NCBI GenBank assembly: GCA_951406725.2
Contig: OX597825.1
Location: 41,292,001-41,356,000 of the forward strand
From: Octopus vulgaris
Lineage: Eukaryota
Length of the DNA: 64,000 nt
Reading direction: 5' to 3'
Below, in pieces: positions 1 to 13,700 of this stretch. The translations under genes and the position numbers were made by a program. A model generated the notes under the pieces. It saw only the letters and a list, made by a program, of their open reading frames with translations, was not told where the DNA came from and searched no databases. Each line of letters opens with the position of its first letter. Positions within the stretch are counted from its first letter, which is position 1.

Positions 1-19
1 GCTTTACATGAATAACTTA

Positions 20-641
20 CATCATGACAGTCTCTTTGCAGAGACGAGCAGTAGTCAGCCATCATGCCTGTGTTCCACCTGCCTTGATACCTAATCTCCA
101 TGGTCTTGATGGAATCTTTCTCCTTTCTCATCACTTATTGCACTATGATTTTTCAGTGAAGTAATCCAGATCAATGCGCAGGAAATGCATTTTTACACTC
201 ATGTTGCAGCCCAGTGCTCAAAAACTGGTTACCATGGTCTGCACAAATTCTTCCTTATTTGGTGATTCCTGTTTCCCAGAAAATCAGTCATAATTGCAAA
301 AAACACAGTCCATTCTTGTTTTCCAACACCAGACACGGTCTCCAAAAACTGCTCATCCTACAATGGCTTATCAAACACACCAACCTCAATTTTCTCTCAA
401 GACAAAGCTGGAAGCTTTCTGATTAAGTATTTGAAATAGTCACTGTCTCAGTGTTTCAACACATGTTTTACACAGTGGGGTGCCTCTGCTTTGTCTTGAT
501 CCCCCAGTTTCATACCGAAGTAAGTAAAGTAATCCCTCATCACAAAATCTGTGATTTTGCTTTGCAGCCTAGGTAAAGTGTAACATTCGCACAAAAACAT
601 CAGAAGTGTTTTTGCATTTTTTTTCTCTCACAATTGGCCAT
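20..641 (-). pseudogene. Internally deleted Chapaev3-like (CMC superfamily) transposase remnant
   Basis: Manual minus-strand translation from ATG at 641 gives KITDFVMRDYFTYFGMKLGDQDKAEAPH..KTCVETLRQ, joined at about 441 to C-terminal motifs DYFKYLIRKLPALS..DFLGN..LGCNMSVKMHFL..DLDYFTENHSAISDEKGERFHQD..MEIRYQGRWNTGMMADYC. Family assignment is from recalled motifs. Non-coding element sequence may extend to about 2090. Confidence 0.75.
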
Positions 642-3600
642 ATTTCTGAAACACAACATATATTCAAGTCAAAAAGCATTTTTGGAATTGTCAGCAGTAA
701 TAAAGTAAGCAAATGCAGATTTGCAATGGCAAAGTTCCATACATACTATGAAGTTCTTCCAACAGTTCTTTGACTATGCTCATGACCTCACAAAATTCAA
801 ACATTAAGGGCACAAGAAAAACTTTTCAAAAGAAACAGTTGAAGGTGCAGCAGACATTTTCTCACCTGGTTTGCAAAGATGGTTACACTAAATCAAGTAC
901 AATGTAGGCATATCTGCAGGTAAATTTCACAAATATGAGATATGTATGATGTCAAGAATAACAGAAATGTGTTGTTTATTAACATCTAATTGTATAAAGG
1001 ACAATTCTGTCATCATCATGATACTTAAAACTAGTTAGATTGAAAATAGTGCAAGTTGCTCAAGTTTGATGCTTTTTGTTTGCTAAAAATACTGAAATGA
1101 TGACTTTCGTTTTCTCTTTTGTGGCTGCATTGACATTAAATGATATTGTAAAACTATATTTTCAAAATTATCTTAAGCTCAATAAATGGGTCTGCATTGG
1201 AGGAAGCCAACTCTATCCTTAGAAATGGTAACAATACCAAAATATTGAAAAATTGACATTTGAGTTTGTGCTTGACATGATAGAGCCAAATGGTTTTCAG
1301 TTTTGAAATCAGCACTACAAAATTACTAGGAAACATGTCTCCAACACCAGACAACAAGAACAGTGTTCCCCAATGCAATAGATGTAATGCAAAAATAGCT
1401 TTCTCAAACAGCAATTTTGTAAAACAATATCACGAACTGGTTGTATAAGAATGGTAAGACAGCTGGAGAACTTGTGCTTAATCTGGAAGATTTTTGTTGT
1501 AGTATCATAAATGTGCTGCAAGCATATGATAAAATGACAATGACAATGTCTTAGAAATTTTTTCTAAAAATATTTGTCACAAATGAAAATGTTCAACTCA
1601 AAATTTACCGGTTTTGTTTCATTATTTCATTATTTGTTTCATTATTTCATTGGCTGTTTGCATAATCCCTGAAATTACATGTATATATTTAATGTTCTCA
1701 AGACACACGTACACAATTTTCATCCATCTTTCACCCCATATATGATCATTCCTGATATAGCTTACCATAAACCATTCAATATTGAACACAACCCATACTG
1801 GTCAATCTTGCTGCTTTTTTATTATTAATGCTATTGATAATTCCACCCCATCCATTGAAACAACTTCTATAAATATTTAGTTATTAACTGATCAAATATG
1901 CTTGAGGCATATTTGGACCCATCAGAAAGCTATTCCCTGTGTTTTGTCACGGAGAAACCTTTTCTCATTGTAAACAAATGGTGTAAATGCACCAGAATCA
2001 GCTTGCAGCACCACCTGCCCAGACTGTGAGTTGTAAACATTTCAGAATGTTCTCTCACTGTAACTTCTGTGTTCATTATTCTTCTACAGTGTGCAAACTA
2101 GTACTTGAGGGAACTTTGAAGTAACTGACACTTTTCACAAACTTTTTACTGTTTTTCTAGTAATATCTATTACAGTCTGAAAATGTGTTTGTGTTGTTGT
2201 ATGTGCATGTACATTAACAAAAAATGTAAAAATCCCCAAGCAAAAGTATAAACTAGTATTTTTGAATTAAAAATATAATCTTGCATGGTATTTGTTCTAC
2301 CCAAATTGAACGGATGCTCCCTTGTCATTCATGCTATCATAAATGCAGTGAACTGGGGATTGGCCATTGGAAACATATAATCAATGGCATTATTGTTCAC
2401 AAAGTGTGATGTAAAATAAAAATATAAAATGAATTTCAAGCAGGTAGACTGAGCCATTTAATAATTATGTGTACTGGTTTCAGACACAATACAAAATACA
2501 TTGTGCTAACTTTACAGTTATTTTTTTTTCCATACTCTATTAACTTTGCTGTCTGTCTTTTCATGCTGTAACTATTTCTTCCAAAATACCCAGCTATTTT
2601 CTCAGTGCAGCAGTCTTCTCTAGGCATATATTTCACATACATGGCATTAGTGAAAGTTTATTTCACTTCCCATTTGCAACTTCTCCTGTCTCTCAGTAAC
2701 ACACATGTACATACAAATGGTACATATGTTATAACACATTGCTTTTCATTGCAGAGATAATTCAGTAAAGAAAGCTGTTATTTAAACTACAGTGTAGAAA
2801 TATTATGTTTGAAAGCTGCTTCAGTAATAATAAGGTAGTCTTGTCAATAGATTATTGCCAACTTCCTGCAATCGTCACAGCACTCTGTTAAACGAGAGCT
2901 AATCACATGCACTAATGCACCAGCACATTTAACAGCTTTATGGTCAGTTTACTTCGAGCTACTTGAAATCACACTATTCTTTAGGAACTTCCTCAGCTGT
3001 AATGTTATTATTCAGATAAAAGGATATTTTACTATCCCCAATGAATTACTAAATTTCACTGTCTTCACACATTCCCTGCTATCCTTCTGATCTAAGGTGC
3101 CACAAAACTCCTCCTCTTTGGCTCTCAATAAAACCAGTTAATCCTCAAGTTAACAAGGAAATCTCTACATAGTCACTCAAACTTCTAGAAATAACAGTCA
3201 AATTTCCTTGAATTACATCCCACCATCTTAAAAAGGAATGGACACACTGGATAAATGTAATCTAAGATACACTATACCTAAATAAAAATAGGATCACCAA
3301 GCAATTAAACAACAGTAAGAAATTAATCATCTTTACTAATCCATTAAAAGTTGTGCTTTATTGTGGATGTATGATTATTCGTTGGTCATCCCTTGTTAAT
3401 GTAAATGAAATCAGGATCAAAGTTAAATCCAATCAAAACCATACTTTTTTATTTTTGAATACTCTGCTGAGGACAACATTATCAAATATGACAGAAGAAT
3501 AAGGTTTGAGGGAAATTTAGTTACTATTTGTTGAAGGGACACAAACAATTTTGAGGCTTATTCATTGTCTTGATGTTGCCATCAATGTTATTGCTGGTAA

Positions 3601-3662
3601 CCTGATCACCTTATTGGTTTACGCTACAAGTAGTTGATTGAAAGAAGCAGTAGCCATCCAGT

Positions 3663-6600
3663 CTGTGGTGGATCTACAATATTGGGGCCCTGAAGCTTAA
3701 AATGTTATGGCGGGGGAGCTTTACAACCAGCAACAGTAGGATAACATCCAACAAGATTCAAAGAATTTTCGTGCCCTTGCAAGGATCTCCAGCCTTGAGG
3801 CCCTGATAGCCCAAATGGTGGAGTGATGATGTGGAGTCCGACAGTGAGCCCTCTTTCCATGAGAAACAAGGTGTGGGCAATCACCAATATCTTTGTTGAT
3901 GTGGTTGTTCCATGGCAGATCACCAAATTTTCTTTACAAATTTAAGCACAACATTTCAGATTGTGATTGTCAAAGTCACTGGTGTGAACAAATATTTTCC
4001 AGGCTATGCCTTATACTTTTAGAGTTATGGGGGTTGACAATTAGGGAAGCATTATATACATGCATGATGCATCATAGAATGAAGACATTAAACATAACAA
4101 ATACCACAGTTAATATAATCTAATATTAATCTTATATTTAAGATACATATGAACATTACAAAATACTCTTTTTTCTGGGTTTTTTTTTCGTAGCAACGTA
4201 TTCCTTTACAGCTTTGTCATATGGGAGCTTCCTGGCAATGCCATTTTCTAGAAACAACATGCATAAGGGATTTAAGCGCTCTTCAGTCATGGTAGATTGA
4301 AATTTATTCTTTATAAAGGAAAGCTTTGAGAAATTCCTTTCTGCTTCACAGATCGTCATAGACATTGTCAAGTACAGCTTAAGTGCAGTGGTAATATCAG
4401 GGGATACTTCAATTAATTGTTGCTCAAAAATAAGCTAAAGAACTTCTATGCATTGTATTTTAGATGGTGTGTTTTCTTCAGTGTTCTGGGAGTTCTTAAG
4501 ATGTAAATACTCTTTGAACTGATAACACTCATTTATTAATTTGTGGTCAATATTGTCGTTGAAAATCTATATTATAAGTTCAATACTATCTTCACCAAAG
4601 TCTGAATTGTTCATCAATTCTGAGAGCAACTTGAACCTTTAGGCAGTCTGCTCATATGGGTCCATCTTCTTGCTTAATCATAGACTTGATTTAGAACTTC
4701 TTTCCTAAATTTTTCAGCCTATTTCAAAGAAGCCCTATCACTTGTTCTATCTGCAAATTTCTTTATAACAATGTGTTTGAAAATATCAGAATAATTTGAG
4801 GTCATATATTCACCTAAACATCTTGCTACAGATTCATAGTGTGCAATGTTATCAGCTGAATTTTCTCATAGTTCTTTAACAAATGAAAGTAAAGATTCTA
4901 GCAGAAGGTAACCTTCAAATACATCAGAACTAGGAATTTGATGTTTCTTACTTGTTTTGTTAAAATGCCCCATAACCTCTTCCTAAATGATTATTAAAAC
5001 AGCATATACTTATTTTACCAACTTGTGGTATAAATTCTTTGCATCTCGCTTACATTCAGGCTTCTCTTCTGAGTCTTCAAACATATTTGAGAGTTTGTAA
5101 AATTTCCTTATGTCCATTTTTAATTGCCTGAACTGCTTTTTCCCCAACAAGGTTGAGTGAACAGCTTGCACATGGTACATAGTCTACATACCTGTTAATG
5201 TTTTTAAGAAATGCAGCCATTTCTCTGAGCCCTTCATGCTAGAAGCATTATTGTACGACTGACCGTGGATATTTTCAAGTGAAAGCTTATGCTCCCCCAG
5301 GAATTGTGTTATTTTGTTGAACAAGGTCGTGGATGAATGGTTTTCTATTGGAAAAAATGTTAAAAGCCTCTCATAGACCTTCCATTATAACAGTATCGAA
5401 TCACAATTATCAGCTGGTCAACAAGTGTCACGTCAGGAGTGGAATCAACTGTAATTGAGTAGTATTTGGTGTCTAGGCTGTTGATCTGATTCACCACTTT
5501 ATTGTTCACATGTTTTCCCATGATTTCTCTGAATTCTTCATACACGGATTTGGATTGGTAATATTTACTTTTCCATTTCTCTAAATGTTCATGCAAAAAT
5601 GGGTCAAACTCTGCAATAAGCTCAATGCCCCCCATGAAATTTCCATTGTTTAGGGAGCCCCATTTTCTCACATGACCTCTAAATGCTAAACCTCTTCCAC
5701 TTAAAAGTTTATAACTGCTACAATTCTTTTTAGTATTTTAAAATAGTACGGCATGTTTTTCTCAACTGTTCCTCAAGTTGCTGATCCACGGTGTTTTTAT
5801 TTGACTTCTGTGAATAAGCTATAAGGATAAGAGTAATTAGCAACATCGCTTTGTTATGTTTCTTGCTGCCTTCATGGTTTTGTAGAGTGCTGAGTATATT
5901 CATCCAATCAGAAAACCCACCCATTGTAAGTGATATTTGGCATTTAGAAAAGAGTTTGGAAACGCCCTTGCTCTTTGAGTAATCTAACTAGGATCTCATC
6001 ACAGTCTGACCATTTTACAATCTTTTTTTCAAAGTACTTGTTTGAGAAACTTCAATTTTGCTGTTTGTAAATCTTGTTGGATTCAGTATATACATTATAT
6101 ATATAGTTTTTTATTTTGCAAAAATGTGATGTTTTGCATTAAACAGTTTTGTATGAAATCATTATCACTTGGTATGGGCTAGTTTGCCTGGTCACTGTAT
6201 TCTTTAAAATCACTAAATTTGCTTCCTGTTTCTGTTCTCTCTTTTCATGAAGCTCTTCACAACTATGATCGTCAACTTGCTCCAAAAGTGTCAACAGTTG
6301 GTTGATTATTGTTAAACAGAACACTCATGGTTTGTGCACTGTCATTGACTTCACAGGTGCTTGCACGACTTGTTTCAGTTGCAAGTGATGGCATACTCTT
6401 ACTTTACATTATAAAATAGATTGATAGTTTTTTGACATTTAGAAATTTCATTAGATTTTTTCCTTGAGTTGGCATTTCTGGCATCTGCTTAAGTACTTTC
6501 TTGAAGACATTGCTATTCCTCTTGAGTCCTAGACTTCACTGAAAAAAAGTTGGGGTAATATTTTCATTAGCCACAGCAAGACAGAGATCGATCAAGATAA

Positions 6601-7026
6601 GTGTCCACAACTTAATATATATTCATAAATGAAGAATGGTTTATTTTGTACAAGGTGATATTCAAGTAATTTTTGAAGTAGAAAAAATGTTTTGTTACTG
6701 AAGAGATTGTAAGAGGGGCAGGGCTGAAGTTTCCAAAATAATTCAAGGAAAGCGAATTATCTGCGAGCCATTTGTACTTTTATCTTTTATACTAGTCTAC
6801 ACCGGCAGAAACAGCAGGTGGAACAACCATGGCTAGACACTGCCTGCCTAAACTATGCATAGGAGTATGAAATGACGTTGTCCACTAAGACTGGTAACAG
6901 CAATCTGCATGGCAAAGTAAAAAAACAAAATATTGACTGAATGAAAAAGTGGCTTCAGAGGGGCTCCTCTGGGATAAGGGTCCCTGAAGCTTAAGCCTCA
7001 TTAGTTTTATAGTAGATTTGCCACTG
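3663..7026 (-). mobile_element. Full-length decayed hAT DNA transposon (TTF zinc finger + DUF4371 + hAT dimerisation domain, ZMYM1-like type)
   Basis: TIRs CTGTGGTGGATCTAC (3663-3677) and GTAGATTTGCCACTG (7012-7026). Perfect 8-bp TSD CATCCAGT at 3655-3662 and 7027-7034. Subterminal GG(G/T)CCCTGAAGCTTAA motif near both ends. Confidence 0.95.
4156..6100 (-). pseudogene. hAT transposase, disrupted by stops and frameshifts
   Basis: ORF pieces: 5730-5924 GFSDW..L..HEGSKKH (TTF zinc finger); 5360-5671 GNFMG..EFDPFL..YYSITVDSTPD..DQL..VIRY (DUF4371 and catalytic D); 4156-4371 CEAERNFSKL..IKNKFQSTMTEERL (dimerisation domain). Confidence 0.9.
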
Positions 7027-9409
7027 CATCCAGTTTGAGTCAAAGAGCTTGTTTTCAGATCGAGTGGAAGGAATACGTGCTTCACTAGTTTAAGACAATA
7101 AGATGACAGTAGCAGAACATTTTGCTGTTACACTGTTTAGGCCAGGTGAATCTCTTGGAAATTTCATTAAGTTACAGTGAATTAAATAATTCTTAATTGT
7201 ATAGCTTCTGTAAAAACGATCTGAACTTGAACCTGGATTTACTGTAGTAACTTTATTGTGCTTTTACATTGTTATTGTCTTGAATAAGAACCGTTAACAT
7301 GAAGGTTTATATATATATATATACACACACATATATAAGTATATAGACAGATAGTTACATAGATAAACATACACACACACACAAACATGCATATTTATGC
7401 AAGTATATGCCTGTGTATATATATATACATACATACATATATACATATATATATATATGTAAGTTTATGTATAGGGAGCTTTATTTTTTTTCAGATAATT
7501 CTTAGTATCTCTGAAGATTGAACATAATGAAATTATTCTACTGGTTATTGTTTTACAACACAACTCAAAAAGTTGAATGTATTTTTTTACTGTTTTTAGT
7601 AATGGAGTAGTATCTATTGATATTATTTCTTAATATTTAAAGGTTTTGGCGTGAATAATGTAAAAATCTGCAGGATATTTTATACCTCTTTTACAGATTT
7701 ACAGCCAGTTGTGTGTTGGATGACAAGCTTAAGTAGCAATGATTTATATCTCCTGAACAGTACTGCACTTTATTCACAGAAAAGATACTTAACTCACAAA
7801 AGATGAACACTAAAAATTGTAAACAGGTACCACATGGAAGAAGAGTTCTTCAACTGTAGATAATAAGGACACAATGCAATTGATAAATGTTTCATTAGAT
7901 TGAAGATCTAGGACTGGAGAAAATAACACAGAAATATTTTACTATGTTGGTCTAACAACTTAACAACCTAAAGGACATTCTGCATATTATCATACCATTA
8001 CATATACTGTTCTAAGCTCTATGAACTATAGTTTCCTGTTGTTATACATTAGTTTGATGATTATAACAATCATATATTTCTACATGCATTAAGATGCTGA
8101 AATTGTTATAGAATTGGATAAAGGGCATTGTGATATTTGTTTCTGCTCCCTATTCTCTAAGCTGAAATTCCACCAGGGTCAGCTTTGCCTGTCATCCTTT
8201 CAGAGACAATGAAAAATCTAACAGCCCAGTGTGGGTGCAGCACTCACTCTCCCCCACGGTCATTTCCTTGATGTTCCACTTGGTCAGTTGTAGACAGTTC
8301 AAAAAGATGTTTATCTTTTCTTAATTATATGGGTATTTTAAACAATTAGTGAAAGCATAGAACATATTATCAAGCCATTACCTCATCCATTACACTGCCT
8401 TCATAACCACTAACACAAGACAAAAGTTGGTGGTGAAACAATTTCAGGAAGAACTCAGTTGTTGTCTAGGTTCATCAACTGCTTGGCTAAACTCCACAAA
8501 TCAAGAATTACTGAACATTGAAAGAGTGACTGCAAAACTGTGTCATTGTTCTGCACATATCTCATGCTGGCTCCTCTGACATTTTCATTACTGTATGGCT
8601 TGCTTTGAAATGGCTGGGTCCTTCAGTAGCAATACCAGGCCAAGTTATTTCAGAAATTATCCAGAGCTACTTAATCAAATAACTTCTGAAACAGAACACC
8701 TGAGAGTTAACATTGACACCTAGAGTCACCTGAGACTGTCAACACCCTTAACCACCACTATTCATCTATAGAATGCTGTCATAGAAGTTCTTCCATCTGC
8801 ATTGTCTGACTTGTAGAGAGCTTTGAATATTAGAAAGCATTCCAAATGCCAAACACCTATTCTTGGCCTTCATTTGTTGCAGATCTGCAGCCCAATCAGG
8901 GAGGGGAACTTTGAGAAGTCCCTGGCCTGACAATGAATGATCACATCTGCTCACAGTCTAAGAATCATAGGTTCCACATCCTCAGTACATGCTCACATAT
9001 CTTCAGCTACAGAATACTAAGTCCACAGCACAGAGGTTGTTTGGCCAAAGATTGACTGCTTGACTAGAACAACATGTCCTTTCTACAAGAAACATAGAAA
9101 TCAAGAGCTACTGCAAGGCAAAATAGTCAGGCAGTATCATAGAAGTGAGGTGATGTAGGCATTGCACTTTTTCCCAACTTTCTAGGAATAGTTTCTTCTA
9201 TTTCTGTGTATGAAAACTAACTTCGTTGTCTGTAACTTCATTGCACTGCTTATCCAACAAGATCCAAATCAAAATTCAAGCGAAATTATACCTTCCATCC
9301 AGTGCTCTATCACACTGTCAAGTGACATGGACTTACCTCACAAGATATCAAGTTGGATGCACACTAATTTGTTCAGATTAAACTTTGCTCCTGTCACTTT
9401 CTCATATAA

Positions 9410-9760
9410 GAGTTGACTGAAAAGTTCACAGGCTGACTAAGATACTCTCGTGAAATATGACCAAATGAGGTTTAATCTGCAGCGTAGTCCCCCTTGTGGT
9501 CCATATTCTTCTTCCATCAATCTTGCAGTACTTCAGACCCATTGATGGAGAAGCTTTCATCTTGTTGGTCAGAAAAGTCATCAACAGTAGATATGACATC
9601 ATTATCACTGTAATACTGGTTCCCAGCCAAGTGATTTTTCATGTTGAGGAACAGATAATGGTCAGATGTGGCCAAATCAGCAAATTATGGAGGGTGATCA
9701 ACCAGTTCAAGGCTACAGTTGTGCACAGCAGCTATTGAAATCATGGAGTTGTGAACTGAA
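9410..9760 (-). mobile_element. Mariner 3' fragment with one TIR
   Basis: TIR GAGTTGACTGAAAAGTTCACAGGCTGAC at about 9410. Minus strand reads FELVDHPP..ADLATSDHYLF. Same family as 33160-34378. Confidence 0.85.
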
Positions 9761-10689
9761 GCTCCAAAATATTATTCAAGTTTTCTGAGTGTATTTGAAT
9801 GAAGACCTCAATTTTATATGAAATTTGTTCATGTTCATTATTGTGTCCTTTCCTTCTAATAAGTGAGGCATCCTTACTACAAAGAGAAATAAATAATCTG
9901 GGATTGGAGGAATTGAGCTTCCCACAGATGAGAATATAATGTAAAGTGATAAGTGTATTTAGAAGATTTTAAAATGGTTAGCATAAAAAATAAAAATTAA
10001 GGCTACACCAAAAAAATAAATATATTAGAAGAGAAAAGGAAATATTACAAATCCCTCCTGAATAGCAAAAATGTTATTGGAATTAAAAACTCACATGCTT
10101 TCTTGATAAGGCAGGTGTCATCAAATAAAACATCCAAAGACTAAAGAATACTAATAGAAAAACTCTTAAAAGACATGACAAAACTGCATATGAGTTATAT
10201 GCACTTTTTTCATATATAGGCAGTTGTGTAAAACATGAAAACAGCAACAACAACAATAATAATAATAACTTTTTCTACTATAGGCACAAGGCCTGAAAGT
10301 TTTGGAGGAAAGGGTTAGTTGATTACATTGACCCCAGCACATGACTGATACTTGTTTAATCAATGTCTAAAGGATGAAAGGTAAAGTCAACCTGAGTGGA
10401 ATTTAAACTCAAAACATGATGATGATGATAATAATAGCAACAACTACTCCAACAATAAATAATTTGATTACAATTTGATTGTATACATTCTTAATAAGGA
10501 CATGAAAAAGGGTAGTTTTAAAAATGTCCATAAGCAAACACTCACAGGCATTGCTGAGTAGAAAGAAGCTTGTTTCCCAACCATATGGTCTGGTTTAAGC
10601 CTTGGGCTGACCAAATCCTTGTGAATGGATCTGGTAGATGAAAGCTGAAAGAAACCCGTCATATAAGTGTGTGTGTGTGTGTATACATA

Positions 10690-11891
10690 TAGGGGTTGGA
10701 CATAATAACGGAATCACCTAGCAACATAGCATCATAATTTTGAAATATCAGTGAAACTGTCAAAAGCTTGTTTATTTTTATGTTTTTTGATTTATTATTA
10801 GTGTTGCTTAATATGTTTTGCTAAAATTCCTGTTTCCTTTCAGGTATCACCAGAAAAAGGTAATTAAAATTCATTAAAATGACAGATCTATAGCACTTTC
10901 AAAGAGATAGAATTATTAGTGCTTGTATGGCAGGCGCCAGCATAATGGAAAAAGCTGAAATATTTGGTGCATCAAGAAGTACTGTCTTGAAAGTAATGAC
11001 AGCCTTTGTGAAAGAGGGAAAAACCTGCTCATCGAAACAAAACTCTGGAAGAAAACCAAAACTTTCAGATAGGGACCGTTGGACTCGTATGTGAATTGTT
11101 AGAAAGGATCACAAAAGTACAGCTACCAAAATTACTGCAGAGCTTAATTACCACCACAAGAACACAGTTTCCACGAAAACTGTTCCCTGAGAGCTGCACA
11201 AAGCCAGATTTCACAGGAGAGCTGCAATCAGAAAACCAGAACTTTCAAAAACAAACATTGCAAAGCATTTAGAGTGGAATAAAAACCTACTGGCTGGGTT
11301 CCTAGGACAGTGGAAGCATGTTATTTTCTTGGACAAGCCAATCTTTACCTTATTTCCAACCACTAACTGAGTATACATGTGGAGACAGCAAAAGGAAGCA
11401 TTTGATCCAGACTGCCTTCTTCCAACTGTTAAACATGGTGGAGGATCTGTCATGATCTGGGAGGTTATATCTTGGAAATCTGCTTGCCCAATGATTTCCC
11501 TTTATGGCAGAATTAATAGTCAACACTATTTAAACATTTTATCTGATCAAATTCTTCCTATGTTTGCAGAACTATTTCCAGAAGGTAGCACAATCTTTCA
11601 GGATGATAATGCACCAATTCAAACAGCTAAAATTATTATTGAATGGTGTGAGGAACATTCTTGTGAAGTTGAACATCTCATCTAGCCACCACAGCCCCCA
11701 GATCTCAATATTATTGAACATTTATGGCGCATTTTAGCTGAAGAATAGATAAAAATTCCTTTGGAAACATTTGTACGAGTCCATAACTCATAGAATTCAA
11801 GCTGTAATTACTGCCAAAGGCAATCCTACCCCATATTAAAATAAATTTGTTTGAAATTTTAAGGTGTTTCTATTATTTTGTCCAACCTCTG
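10690..11891 (+). mobile_element. Tc1 (DD34E) transposon, near full length, non-functional
   Basis: TIRs TAGGGGTTGGACATAATAACGGAATCACCT and AGGTGTTTCTATTATTTTGTCCAACCTCTG with TA flanks. Transposase about 10879-11839 shows MTDL..FQRDRII, PTVKHGGGSVMIW, FQDDNAP, PDLNIIEHLW and GNPTPY*, with several stops. Confidence 0.95.
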
Positions 11892-11920
11892 TATATATAT
11901 GTATATGTATATATATATTT

Positions 11921-12286
11921 GGAGGCGCAATGGCCCAGTGGTTAGGACAGCAAACTCACGTTCATAGGATTACGTTTTTAATTCCCAGACCGGGCGTTGT
12001 GAGTGCTTATTGAGCAAAAACATCTAAAGCTCTATGAGGATCTGGCAGGATGTGGTGGCAAACCCTGCTGTACTCTTTCTCCACAACTTTCTCATTCCTT
12101 CTTCCTGTTTCTGTTGTACCTGTATTTCAAACAGCCAACCTTATCACATACTGTGTCATGCTGAATCGCCCTGAGAACATGTGCCTGTAGAGTGCTCAGC
12201 CACTTGCACAGTAATTTCACAAGCAGGCTGTTCCGTTGATTGGATCAACTGGAACCCTCATCATCGTAACCAATAGAGTCCCACGA
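11921..12286 (+). mobile_element. tRNA-derived SINE
   Basis: A-box TGGCCCAGTGG and a decayed B-box. The 3' half is shared with the SINE at 27631-28151. Confidence 0.8.
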
Positions 12287-13239
12287 TATATATGTATATG
12301 TCTGTGTATGTGTCTTAGTGTCCATGTTTGTCCCCTAACACCACTTGTTGTTCCCTAACAACCTGATGCTGGTGTGTTTACATCCCCATAACTTTGCAGT
12401 TTGGCAAAAGAGACCATTCGAATAAGCATTAGGTGCAAAAGAAAATGTCATAGGGTCAATTTCTTCAACTTAGGCCCTTCAAGGTGGTGCCCTAGCATGA
12501 CTTCAGTCAAATGACTGGAACATATAAAAGATATAAAAGTTACATAGTGGGGTAACATCGTAACAAAAAAAGACAGAAGGGTGAAGAAAATATTTCTGAA
12601 TTACTAACAGTGAAATGATCATTTCTCATTTCGGTTTAGAAAATGTCGATATGTAGGAGAATAGGTGAATGCACATGGTGCACTGGACTTCCTTCATGTG
12701 TGAAATGTACTTTTTGAATCTTATTTATACACAGAAGGGCAATGTCAGTAAAAGTTCAAACAATAATAACTAACATCACTCTGCAAACAGAATGGTCAAT
12801 TTTAATGGCAGTATAAGAGAGTTTACAAGAATCTGAAATGAATAAACTACATAGTTCTATGAATACTACACAGGAACAGGAAATATTCTTCTTATCTTCA
12901 TCATCAGAAATTATTAAAGTGCTTTCACATCTACAACAAATACTTAATGAATCCAATATTTTGATTAGCTGCACGGAAATAACCGTTATGCATTGGGAAT
13001 GCAGGTTACCTCACATATACAGAATAAACATTACCACGCTGATAATCATACTAATAACATTCTACAAATATGCCACAAATTCCAGTAGCAGCAGTGCAAG
13101 TCATTAAAGCAAGAAACATAGATATCATGCGCTAATGGTTTCACTTCAATATTAACACATACAAAATTCTTTTCATACTTATATACACACATTGGAGCAG
13201 TAAAGTTCTAGTAAGAAGTAATTTTAAGAAGAAAATTGT

Positions 13240-13369
13240 GTATGCGTGTGTATATATATATATATGGATAGACATATGCATGAGTATGTGTATGCATATC
13301 TCTTTCTCTTCTCTATGTATATATATATATATATATATTTATCTACACATCTATCTTCATTTATATATA

Positions 13370-13401
<32 letters not shown>

Positions 13402-13459
13402 CACACACACATATATATATATGCATATCTATATGAAGATACATATATATATATGTGTG

Positions 13460-13545
<86 letters not shown>

Positions 13546-13700
13546 TATATACATACATATATGTATGTATATATGCAATTATCTTCTTATAGATATGCAT
13601 GCATATACTCACATACATATAAATATATTTCTGTTTGTGTTTATGCATATGTATACAAATGTATAGATTCGCATACACACACATGCACACACATATGCAT
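13240..13700. repeat. Compound (TA)n/(TG)n/(CA)n microsatellite
   Basis: Pure TA run at about 13466-13541 with degenerate flanks; it explains the YIYI-type ORFs. Confidence 0.97.

Larger units (their letters stand above)
10545..12540 (+). mobile_element. Family A SINE split into 5' half (10545-10685) and 3' half (12290-12540) by nested Tc1 and SINE insertions
   Basis: Both halves match the intact copy at 31925-32340 (..GATCTGGTAGATGAAAGCTGAAAGAAACCCGTC(TG)n and GTTTGTCCCC..GGTGTGTTTACATCCCC..CAGTCAAATGACTGGAAC). Confidence 0.85.

Noticed and set aside
1612-1651. 20-bp tandem duplication TTTGTTTCATTATTTCATT
   Set aside because: Ordinary replication slippage.
2436-2850. 68-aa minus ORF and AG..GT bounded segment at about 2755-2834
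   Set aside because: No recognisable domain; the plus-strand segment has stops in all frames.
7698-7827. Exon-like segment between TTTTACAG and CAG/GTAC
   Set aside because: Stops in all three frames; a non-coding exon cannot be shown without RNA data.
13224-13690. Long YIYI/CVCV/HTHT ORFs here and at 36890-37232, 38391-38706, 48900-49356 and 54401-54700
   Set aside because: Translations of dinucleotide microsatellites that lack stop codons; not genes.
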